A DNA stretch of 64,000 bases, taken from assembly GCA_013239625.1 (NCBI GenBank), contig MU054098.1:837568-901567 (forward strand), given 5' to 3'. Shown one piece after another: positions 13,001 to 23,710 of this stretch. The notes below the pieces were generated by a model. It was not told the DNA's origin, made no database searches, and saw only the letters and a list, made by a program, of their open reading frames with translations. The translations under genes were made by a program, and so were the position numbers. This DNA is from Lama guanicoe. Lineage: Eukaryota. Each line of letters opens with the position of its first letter. Position 1 is the first letter of the stretch.

Positions 13001-13900
13001 TGTGTGTGTGCATGTGTATATGCACATATTTTCTGATGTGCCATCATTTTCTGTAGTATGATTTTGGACCATTATCTTTTTTTTCTTATTTCTTTGTATT
13101 GATTTCAAGCACCCTCCTTTTCTCTTTTTATGCTTCAGTGAGATGAAGTTCCCTGTACATTTTAAGCTTCAGGGACTTGGGTTGGGCTCTTCTAGCTTCA
13201 TTGTCCTAGAACTTCTATTTTATTATAAAGTAATAAAAAAAAATGCCGTCTCACTGCATGCACATCTTCGGTACTATACATTGCCTGTACTTTTAGTCCT
13301 TTCCCTCATTAGCATCTGAATTTTCCCTCTTCTTACTCCAAGTATTCTTACCCCAATATATCTGTATTCTGCTCTCAGCAGTTTCTTTTTAGTATATGGT
13401 TACAGCCTTCTAGAAAAGTTCTTTCAATGGACATTTCCAAACCCTGAGAGCTCAGGATACCCTAGCACCCTTTACGGTTTCCTTATATCCTTTGGCAAGT
13501 TGGAGACTGTAAAGGTCCTTCCCAGTTTCATCTGTTCTCAACTTTGCCTTCAGAGTGTTCCACCTTGAATGGAGAAGGCTCCTTTGGAGAGTGAGCTTTT
13601 TTTTTTTTTCCTTCTGATTTCTGTGTTTCCCAGCTTTTGAAATTGCCAAGTGTCCTCTTTATTGTCTCCCACGCAGCTTCTCACTCCCATCCAACTGCTA
13701 GTCCTTCATGATCTTTCTGTTCTAAATGATTTGGTCTCTAACTCATATCCTGGGCTTTGATGTGCTACCTTGTTCCCTGGATTTGCTGTCTGTGAGTTAC
13801 TGTTATTGTCAGCCTATTTCCTGTGTGTGTGTGTGTGTGTATGTTGTATATTTGTGTTTGTAAATTTAGGCAGAGTCCAAAATCATGCTGCCACTACTAC
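10060..13900 (-). mobile_element. Highly decayed older L1 (ORF2 RT and endonuclease, ORF1 and 5' region remnants)
   Basis: ORF 10115-10315 has VKLSVFADDMI (RT motif). ORF 11302-11592 has ISNKVEFRLKSTNRDKE (endonuclease region). T-rich + strand. Confidence 0.75.
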
Positions 13901-14639
13901 CTCCAGTATCTATATGTCCTGCCTGGTCATAATATACTTGATGATTTTGAATTGTGAATTTATGATCAATGTAAATTTACCTATGGAAATCCTGGAAAGG
14001 CTGGTTTGAGGGTCTGTTTCTTTGTAAATGTGTACTAGATTCGGAGAGATACCTTAGTTTAGTGCCAACAAATGATTAAGTTAAATTAATTTCTCAGTTT
14101 GTTTTCTTGGATCATGCAGCTATCATAAAATAAAACCAGAACAAGATACAGACATAGTCAGGTCTGTTGAGAGACTGTACTCTCAGGAAGCTTTTATCTA
14201 TTCAGAGCCACACCTGTCTTCACTGTTGTTTTCCTTTGCAATCAGGTGGATTTTTTCCCCCAATCTACTCATTCATAGAGTATTGAGTTATGTCAGGTTT
14301 TTTGAGGGTGAGGAAGTTCTGTTGCAGTGTTCTACACTGTATTGGCTCAAAGCTATGCCACCTATGGCTAGGTGGCTGATTCTTAAAATAGAAGCCTCTT
14401 ATTTAAGGAGATTGGCAAATACTTCTAGGCTCTAGTAGGCTAAGCTTCAGAGTTCCATTTTGTTGTCCAGCTCTCTTCAGTTTTAATCCCTGGGAATTTT
14501 TCTTACTTTCCTATGAGCTCAGCTATGTATTGATTTGAAAAGATATTTATTAGATTTGATCCATCATTTCTGCATTTTTGAGATTGTTAGGGCTGTATGT
14601 CAAAATATGTAGTTAATCATATTGCTGGAGATAGAAGTC

Positions 14640-15510
14640 TTGATTCATAGTTCTACCAAACTAATTTGTACCCTCATTACTCTCACCTAGGCAATTATGA
14701 GATCCTGCTTTCTCCCAGTTCAGTCTCCAGTCTTTTCCACACAGCATTTCAGTCCTACAAATCAATGCATGCTTTTTATAAATCACTGCAGTAATCATGT
14801 CTTCTAAAAATTTAATTAGATGCCTATTGCTTTAGTCTGATATTCAAACTTATCTACTGTCTGGTCCTAATCCACCTTTGCTCTCTAGTCTCTTTACTTT
14901 CTTTGTATTCTTTGCAATCCAGCCAAACTGAATTGCTTACAGTTTCTGAGGTATAACAGCTTTTATTCCAATGTTATTTAGTCCACTCTGCTTTCTCTTT
15001 ATGGAAATTCCTATGTTTCTAAATCCCTTTGGAGTGCCGACGTGATATGGTCGATCAGAAGGACTGGAGTGAAACATACATGAGTTCATTTCCTAGCTCT
15101 GCTGCATCCTATCTGTGTGGTCTCAACCTCGTTTTTTAAATCTGTGGAATAGGGAAAGCATTTTTTAGTTATATGAAAGAATTGCAGGGAAGGTGAAATG
15201 AGGAAACATATGTAAACATATTCTGTAAACTGAAAATTACTACAAAATTATAAATATTTGCTTTTGTTTGCCCTTACTCATTCTGTAAGATCAAGTTCAG
15301 CTGCCACATACTTCCTGAAACCTTCCTTGAGTCCTCTCTAATACAGTCAGCACTTTATCAGTATTTAATATGTTACTTTGTATTGTCAATTGTCCCCATC
15401 TCTTATATTCCAAGTTAGAATGTGGATTTTTCAAGGACAGAGACCATGTCTGACTCCCCTTACCCCTTCCTAAATATTGCAGGTGCTCAGTAAATATTAC
15501 TTGAAATACT
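14640..15510 (+). mobile_element. L2 fragments with a nested MIR (~15040-15260)
   Basis: L2 3' end 'aaggacagagaccatgtctga...aggtgctcagtaaatatt'. MIR core 'ctcaacctcgttttttaaatctgtggaataggga'. Confidence 0.6.
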
Positions 15511-15690
15511 AAGTTCTCAAATACATTAATTTAGGGTAGGTATAAATGTGCCAACAAGGGACTTTAGATAAAGCATTTCTCTACTAAAATTATTTATAGG
15601 TATTGACTCCCTTCTTAAAAATAATTTCTCTATTTTTTTAAAACTAGTACTTGTGATAAGGTTTCCTCCAGATCCTTTGGTATAGCAGAT

Positions 15691-16230
15691 GTGGCACTTT
15701 GATTTGTTCAGTATCTGTTTCAGTTCTTGGGGTATCCTTCTAAATGGCAGATGCTGGCAAGCTAAAAGTTACAGTTCTAAAATCCCTTGTAGCTAAGGTT
15801 AGATTTCTACCCATCAGGCATTTACCCAACACTTACATTCATAACTACAGTAAATGTTAGGAGAGACGCTAATATAAGAGACATCTATTTTGCTGGAATA
15901 GATCTGGGGAGTACTGTGTAGTTAGTTCTGCATCCAACAGTTGTGTTAGTAGCTCTCTGATGTCCATATTGTATGTAGCTCAGGGGGTATGGTACTTCTC
16001 TGCAGCACTTTTAACAATGGCTTCTTAATTTCCCTGATTGCTGATTGTGGTGTAAATAGCAGCTCCTGAGGAGGGACAATTCTGTGTTGTACTGGGAGTC
16101 ATTACTGGTTCCCAGTCCAAATCTTGCTCACTTAGCCCTTCTAATGATTTTGTAAGCACACAATTTCCTGTATTAAAAATATTTCTGTTCAAAAATAGCC
16201 AGAGTGATTTGTTTCCTAGATGGATACTTC
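15691..16230 (+). mobile_element. MLT1-type (MaLR) solo LTR
   Basis: TG start, with 3' portion 'attaaaaatatttctgttcaaaaatagccagagtgatttgtttcc' typical of MLT1. Confidence 0.55.
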
Positions 16231-17559
16231 TTATAACCATTTCTGAAGTTCTGCATCATTAATTATGTCCCATAGGTAAAAACATCACAAGCATCCTAAT
16301 TTCAGTATACTAAGAATTGAATTTTTTCCGTATTTCAAGTTGCATTTTCCAAAAACAGTGTATCTGTTATCTAGAATGGCCTCAACTGCATAGTGTGAGA
16401 ACTCCTACATATAAATCTTTTTTACTTAAGCTTTATTGCCTTGCATAATCTTGATTATTCTAATATTGTTAATGTAATAAAAGCATCCAGGGGAGGATCA
16501 GGAAAAAATAAACAGTTACAAAAATATTCAAAATAACCACTATAAAATGAAGAAGATATAGATAGGAAGACAAAAATAAAGAATTTGGTGATTATCCTCA
16601 TTTGATTATGGCCAGCCTGTCAGGTGACCTTCCACTTTTTTCACAAAGTGGTTCTTTTAAATGTTGAAGAGTTTGCCACAACAAGACGCATATCTAAAGC
16701 TATTTGTTTACTGTTTGGGTCGTTTATGTCAAAGATAAAAGGGGTCATGACCAGAATGTCAGTCTGTGCACAGAATCTTTTTTGAACATCTGATGCTTTG
16801 CACGTGAAACTTCATGCTCAATTAGTCATGCAACAGTATGTACAAAATCCTGTTGCAAATTGCACTCAACTGCTTTAATAGCTCTTTCGGAAACAATTTC
16901 CAATTATTTTCATGTAAGACTTCACCTTGCACCACGCCAAGAGGCATTCTTAGAAATTTTCTCTCAGCAAAATTGCCAGTAGTTTTGCAGGACAAGGGGA
17001 GCATGCATCAATTTTCTCTGAGGGGAGGACCAAACAATGCAAGTGTGCAGGCTAGGCAGAACAGAACTTAATGAGTTAAATTCTTTTTCAAGAGAGCTTA
17101 CTTTTTATGCCTCTACAAGAGCCTTAATAATCACAGGCAAATAAACTCACTCAAAATCCTTGACAAAAAGAATGCCACAATAGCTCAAAATGGATTGATG
17201 AAATGTTTGAAAGCCTTTTATTAGAATTCTGCAAATTGGGAACACTTTTGTGAGCAAACCTTCCAAAGCAAGAATGTTTCATTTGACTGCCAGAATAAGA
17301 AGAACAGCGTTCGCGTCATTCTGTGTACAGTCACAGAGAGATGCCTTTTGATAATCTGCAAGCCGTATAGTAGCTCTGCTTATTTTATCTTTGATTCTTG
17401 CATTTAGCCCTGATTGGGCCTTGCTCTGATCTAGTCAAGCTAGCTCTTAAATAGAAAGTTATTACTACGCTGTCCAGTTTTCCTATCTCTCAGACACATC
17501 TAGTATTGTTATCTTCCATGCAACCCCCTGGTAGCTCACTGCACAGGAATCTGACAAAC

Positions 17560-17765
17560 CTGCATAAAAATCCAGCTTTTGCCACCTAACTGGATGATTT
17601 GGGGCAGGTTACAAATGTACTCTGAGCTTCAGTTTCCCTTACTATAAAGTGGTAATAATAAAAGCACTAATTCCACTGGATTGTTTTGTAGATTAAACGA
17701 GGATAAATTCTATAAAGCACCTAGCATGCTGAATGGCATTGTAGTAAAGGCGAATGTTAGTTTTC
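17560..17765 (+). mobile_element. MIR
   Basis: 'gggcaggttacaaatgtactctgagcttcagtttcccttactataaagtgg' matches the MIR core. Confidence 0.75.
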
Positions 17766-18926
17766 TGTTTTCTTTTCCTCTTCCACAGGCATGGGCTTCA
17801 GTCTATGATGTATGATTAGCTTTAAGTCTTTGGGGGTTCTAGTTGGAGATATTTATTATATGATGTAAATTTGTAAGATGAAGCAACTTTAATCATGATC
17901 AGGTGGTTGAACCCTTGAGCCAAGGAAGCTAATTACCAGAAAGATGTGTCATATACAAACCTTAGTGCATAAGGTGGAATTTTCTAAGAATGCCATTACT
18001 TTCAATACTTTCAAATGAAGACAAAGAATCTCTAAGTGTGAATCTATCAACTGTTGTGGCACCAAATAATTCTCAATCCAAAAATTCATTTAATGACTAT
18101 AAAATTTTAATAAGTGTGTGCAGAGAGCACTTTCCCTTAAATCAGTTTTTTTTTTGGTCGCTTTCTTTTCCAATATTTCTAGCTCAGGTGCTAAGAAATA
18201 TTTATTAAAGATAGTCCAAAGTTTAAAATCACCTAAGTAGGTGTTACAAATTATACCTTCGACTGTAATAAAGAAGAGATTTGATCACAAATCACTTCTC
18301 TGAAACACGTTTTTATGGGTTCTAAACTAATTAAGTCAGAAAGTCTCATCATCTCCAGAAATCCAAAGAGGAGGGAAAAACTTCTTCAAAGACAAAACAG
18401 TTCTTTACAAGTTTTTAAAACCTCACACTTAACCATATTAGAGTGACTTGACCAGATGAAGTAGTTAAGTGGAGAAAACCCAGAACTGGGAAATTAAAAG
18501 GACTGCATTCTATATCCAAGGTAATAAACTCATATGCCCACAGGGGTCAGTAACATAATGTAAATGAGTGAGCTGGGCCAAACGCACGGTCTCAATGATG
18601 AAAACAGACAGTATAGCTAATGGGATGGCAGTTGCTTGGCTCCAACTGGTTGTTGCAGTGTGAGAATTTGAGTCCAGCATTTCCATATGATCCAATTTTT
18701 AAGAGAACACGGACATCCAGATGTTTATATAAATTCTCCCAATTTTTACATGTTGTCAAACAAGTCAAATCTTATAACTATCTGGAACCAAAGAAAACAT
18801 ACCTTCTAAGTTGGGCACTGTATGACCATAGCTCTTGTCCTGTTTTATCACCAGTTGGTTGTGTGATCCTTCACAAGTCATCTAAGTACTATGTGTCTCA
18901 GTTTTCTTATTTTCCATATGTGGTAG

Positions 18927-19122
18927 ATAAGGGACAGGCAAACGATGGCCTGTTTTGTGAATAAAGTTTTACTGGAACATAGCCACACTCATTTGTTGAC
19001 TTATTGTCTGTGGCTGCTTTACGTGATAACAACAAATTTGAGTAGTTGTGAAAGAGATCATGTCAGACCAAGCCAAACAAATTTAATATCTAGCCCCTTA
19101 TGGAAAAATTTTGCTGACCCTG
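18927..19122 (+). mobile_element. MER58A hAT-Charlie MITE inserted in a MIR
   Basis: 'aataaagttttactggaacatagccacactcatttgtt' and end 'ttgctgaccctg'. 8-bp TSD gtggtaga (18919-26) / ggggtaga (19123-30). Confidence 0.85.
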
Positions 19123-19238
19123 GGGGTAGATTATTTGTTCTTTATGTGTTAAAAGTGTTGCTGGAAGTGAAAGTAGCAAGTTCTAAGTAAGTACTCACAT
19201 GTGACTATTCCTCAAAAAGAAAAATTATGAAAATTAAC

Positions 19239-19810
19239 TGTAGATTGCATATTGTCCCCAGTCATTTGACTCTTCCTGGGTCCACACTCTTTACCACGTA
19301 ACTTCGCAGTCCCTTGCCACTGCGCTCAGGCATGTGGCTTGCCTTGGCTAACTGGATATTAGCACATGAGACACGAGCAGAGGCCCACAATAGGCAGATG
19401 AGTTGGTGCCCACACCTTTCTAGTATTATCATCACTAGGAGAATTTTCAGGGCTAAATTTTAGAGGAGGGTAGTCAAACTTTCTGTAAAGGGACAGATAA
19501 TCAATATTTCAGGTTTTGCAGGCCATACAGTTCTGTTGCTACTACTTAAAACTGCTATCGTAGTGTAAAAGCAACCATATCGCACTAACCCCTATATTGG
19601 AGGATAAGAGACATGAGAAGCAGAGCTAAATCACCTGTCTAACCCGGCTGAGACAGCAGACCAGTCCACTCACCCACAGACATATGAGCAAACCCAGAAC
19701 AGATGAGCAGATTGGCCTAGTCTGATCTTGGGTACACAAATAACAAGTGCTTATTATTTGCCAGTGGGATCTTGAAGTTGCTGGCTACACAGCAAAAGCC
19801 AACTGATTCA
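19239..19810 (+). mobile_element. MLT1 (MaLR) LTR with a nested MER58-like fragment (~19465-19580)
   Basis: 'catgtggcttgccttggctaactgg' and end 'ctacacagcaaaagccaactgattca'. Insert 'caaactttctgtaaagggacagataatcaatatttcaggttttgcaggcca'. Confidence 0.7.
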
Positions 19811-19818
19811 GTGATTTA

Positions 19819-20600
19819 TGAAACCAAGTTCCCCTGCTGAATTTATGATTAACTTCTCTATCCAAAACTTTATTCCCATTCTTGACCCATCCTTGTTCCC
19901 CTTAGAATTGAGGAATATCAAAGTAAAGGGGGGACTGAAACTGAGCAGGACCTTTTGGGGCCTTCCTGGGTACAAAAGCTCCTCTGCCACCCGTTTCTTG
20001 CTTTTTGAAAAAAGGCTTTAGTCTCCTAGGCCTTTCCTGAATCCCAAAGAGCAGACTTCAGTAGTTACTAATTAGAGAAGTGAGGGAATGCAGAAACAAA
20101 GGACAAGCAGTCGAGTAAGAAAAGTAATGATGGCTTAAACAATAGTTCAGGGATAAAACAGAATCGCAGGACTCCTAGTTCCTCCTGAAGGATATACACA
20201 AAAATCTGACACACATTTTGAGTTGTCTGGCAGGAACTAAGACATTCCCCACCCAGGTGGAGGACAGTGATTGACTGATGATCACAAGCCTGTAGACCCC
20301 AGACTGATTGGAACTGGTCAGCTGATGACTAAGATTCCAGAAACATCACCTTGACCACCAACCAATCAGAAGAAAGTCCACACACTGATTATGTACCCTG
20401 CAACACCCACCCCTAATGTTGCCTTTAAAAACCCTTCCTTGGAAGCCATCAGGGAGTTTAGTTCTTTTGAGCGCTAGCCTCCCACTCACCTTGCTTGGTG
20501 CCCTGCAATAAATGCTGTACTTTCTTTCACTACAACCCAGTGTCAGTAGACTGGCTTTGCTGTGTGTCAGGCAAGTGTATTCGAGTTCAGTTTGGTAATA
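19819..20600 (+). mobile_element. ERV1 solo LTR
   Basis: TG start, CCAAT at 20363, tttaaaa TATA-like box at ~20424, AATAAA at 20507, end 'tttggtaata' (decayed ...AACA). Confidence 0.8.
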
Positions 20601-20749
20601 ATTACATTATTAAATTGTCATCTAAAGTAGGAGAAACTCCTGTGTAAGGAGTTTGATAAAACTCAAACACACACAGTTTCAATGGAACTAAATAGTATTT
20701 ACAGATTATCGTGTGTTTACACTAATGAGAGTAATTAAAATTTAGATTG

Positions 20750-20960
20750 CTTACTACTGTGCGTGAAGCACTCTGCTAAGCTCCATATGTAATAGTAATC
20801 ACTAATCCTCAAAACTGTCTTGTGACATAGATTTGTAGAATTATCTACATTTTCCACGTGAGGAAACGAAGGCTTATCAAGTAGAACCTGGCTAAGGTTG
20901 TAGATATGTGTGTATCAGAACTAAATCTACCTACAGATTGCTTAAATTCCAAATGACTGG
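20750..20960 (-). mobile_element. MIR
   Basis: 'cattttccacgtgaggaaacgaaggct' is the reverse MIR core. Confidence 0.65.
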
Positions 20961-21689
20961 ACACATTATAGATCCCTGAAAAATCAGATAATATTTCTCA
21001 ATTCAATGTTCATCATTTAATTTCCTTCCAGTATAATGTTTTAAATTATCTTTTAAGTAGATGAAGTGTTTGTAAACATCTTGATAGGGGAAAATCCTAT
21101 TAAAACACAACCAGCATTTTCTACCTTCCAGGATGAATCTCAGGCATGAGTGAAAACTGAATAGATTTTCACTAGGAGTCCAAAATCCTGTCATCAATAG
21201 AAGAGCTTTTGATGAATCTGTGCCAAAATCTGATCTTATCTTCTATTGAAAACTAATAGGTCAGTTTCAATTCATATAGTTGAGTAAATTTTCTGTCATA
21301 CAAATAGCATCATTATCATATATTTTTAAAGTATATCTAATACTTGTATTCTTATCTTCCAGCCGCGTAAGAAAAAGTCTCAGTTATCTCCCTTAGTCTG
21401 GTCTCCTTGGCCTTAGGAGACAAAACAAAACAAAAGCACTGCTGCAATGATCAAGAACAACAAATAAATTAAGGAGTAATTAAGTCTTAAGCCCTTGATT
21501 AGAGCAAAATTTAAATAGTGAAAATAATAAAGACTAAAAATGTAGCAAATGATATTAAGGTACTGCAGCTAGCTTTACATTTTTTTTCTTTATCTGGCCT
21601 CTGAACCTGAACTCAGTTTCTGATGTGAGTGTGGCTAGTTTTAAATATACACATGTTTTCACATGCCCAAAGAATTTTACTAAATTGTG

Positions 21690-21890
21690 ATTTGAGTCTA
21701 CAGCTCAGTTATTTGACCTTGAGCAAATCACTTAACCTCCCTGAGTCTGAATCTCTTAATCTGTAAAATTAGAGATGATAATAATACCTATTTTTTTAGG
21801 TTTTTTGCTATAAAAATTGAAATGCAGAGGGATGCAGAGTGCCAAGTAGAGTCAGTGCCTGCCACATAGAGAAAAGTTATTCATTAGTTG
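21690..21890 (+). mobile_element. MIR
   Basis: 'tgaccttgagcaaatcacttaacctccctgagtctgaatctcttaatctgtaaaat'. Confidence 0.8.
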
Positions 21891-21934
21891 TTTGTTTTCA
21901 GCAACAGAATTAGATTCAACAATGATAGTGTAGT

Positions 21935-22114
21935 GGGGAGGGTGTAGCTCAAGTGGTAGAGTGCTTGCTTAGCATGCATAAGGTCCTGGGTTCAATCCCA
22001 AGTATTGCCTCTAAAAATAAACAAACCTAGTTACTTCCCCCTACCAAAATAAAATAATTAAATAATACAATAATAAATAAAACATAAAGCACTTTAAAAG
22101 TTTTTTAAAAAAAA
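21935..22114 (+). mobile_element. tRNA-Ala-derived SINE (camelid vic-1-like)
   Basis: Head ggggagggtgtagctcaagtggtagagtgcttgcttagcatgcataaggtcctgggttcaatccc with Pol III A and B boxes. A-rich tail. TSD gatagtgtag at 21924-33 and 22115-24. Confidence 0.9.
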
Positions 22115-22554
22115 GATAGTGTAGCCATTTAACCTTTATTTACATAGCATTAATAAGTACTTCAAGTGAAATAATAATTAAATATATGATTTTTGTGAGT
22201 GATATATATAGATTAATTGTGCATTTGATTATATTCCCTTGTGCACAGGGTGTGAGGAGTCAAGTAGATATATTTACACAGGGCATTGACTCCAATCATA
22301 AATTCATAAACTTATTTTGGTATCAGTAAGAGTGTTTTTAGAAACAAATGAAACTTATGACTCATTTGAACTCTCTCCTGAACAGTAAATTATTTGCTAT
22401 CTGGTTAAAATATCTAAGGAATCACTATAGTGAAGTAATACTCTACAAAACAAATCTGATACTTTAAAGATACACAAAATACTTTCAATGAAATTGATTT
22501 GATACAATTAAGACAATAAACCGGTTAATATTTGTTACCTAATGACCACATAAC

Positions 22555-22890
22555 AGGGAGGCAGTGTATAGTGAAGTGTTCTGGAAAAAATCCAGAACAT
22601 TTTGACCATCAAATATGAATCTAGTTCACCACTTACTAGCTGAGTGATCTTGGGCAAGTTTTTAAATCCATAGGTTCCTGATTTCCATGAACTGAAAATC
22701 ACTTTTCATTCATTTATTTAACAAATGTTGATTGAGAAGCACTGTATGATACACAATGCAGAGAAAACGTGGATAAAGTTGACAAAGTATATGTATCTTT
22801 CTGTCTATCTAATCTATCTCATACCTTCCTCGAAAAGCTTTTAGCACAGTGTCTGGTACTTACTTTGTTCAAGAAATGGTTTTATTCTTA
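22555..22890 (+). mobile_element. MIR split by a short reverse L2 3' end (~22705-22790)
   Basis: 'cacttactagctgagtgatcttgggcaagtt' ... 'ttagcacagtgtctggtac'. Insert 'ttcattcatttatttaacaaatgttgattgag'. Confidence 0.6.
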
Positions 22891-23479
22891 TTAAACTACC
22901 TGCTACTAATTGGAAGTTGTTGACAACCTCAAGGGCCAGTTTTGTGTAAAGAGGTTAAAATGGTCTGTTTGCATTAAGTACGTAACAATAAAGCACGCCC
23001 CACCCAGTGGTGGGGAACTCTGAATCATTTATTTTCAGCACATAAAAGTGAAAGCTGCACTGCATATGTTCTGCTGCCACTTACTCAAAGATGGCAACAC
23101 TCAAAGCATTTGAATCAGCCACATCAGTACCATGTACTTTGTAGAGAAGCTTCAATATGAGACCGTACCTGTCAACCACCCCCATCCCCAACAACCTCTC
23201 AGTTGCTGCAGAATTTTTTTGTGGAATGACAAGAATATTTGATGACAAGGTCCAATAAGAGCAAAATGATACTGTTTTCTTCTAAGTATATTTTCCGTCT
23301 AGCTGTACTGTGGTATCATTCCATCGAGCTGTTTCTTTAAAAATAAGTTTTCTACTTGAGAAAATGGGATATTACTATATCCCTGTTATCTGATTAATAT
23401 ATCTATGCATATTAAATATAATTAATAACTGTATTATCTATCCTGATGATATGATGGGAAGCAAAATCAAATTCAGCCT

Positions 23480-23710
23480 GTGGTTAATTGAGATCTGAAG
23501 AATGAGTGGGCAGCATTTGAGTTGGAGGAAGGACAGAGGCAAAAGGAGAGAACAACTTGTACAGACGTTCACCATGGCTGGAGTGGGAGGAAGGAAGACC
23601 AGCAGGACATGAGATTTTGAGAGGCAGGCAAGTGCCAAATCACACACAGCCCTATATGGGGAGCCACTGAATGGGTTTTATGTGCGGCATGACATGATGT
23701 AACTTTCATG
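23480..23710 (-). mobile_element. L2 fragment
   Basis: Purine-rich, with 'ggggagccactgaatgggtttta...gacatgat' typical of reverse L2. Confidence 0.55.

Noticed and set aside
17789..17809. Strong + strand acceptor (cctcttccacag) with a nearby gtatga donor
   Set aside because: Only 21 bp, adjacent to a MIR tail, with no other support.
21935..22010. tRNA-Ala gene
   Set aside because: The acceptor stem does not close, and the extra tail, poly-A and TSD mark it as a SINE.
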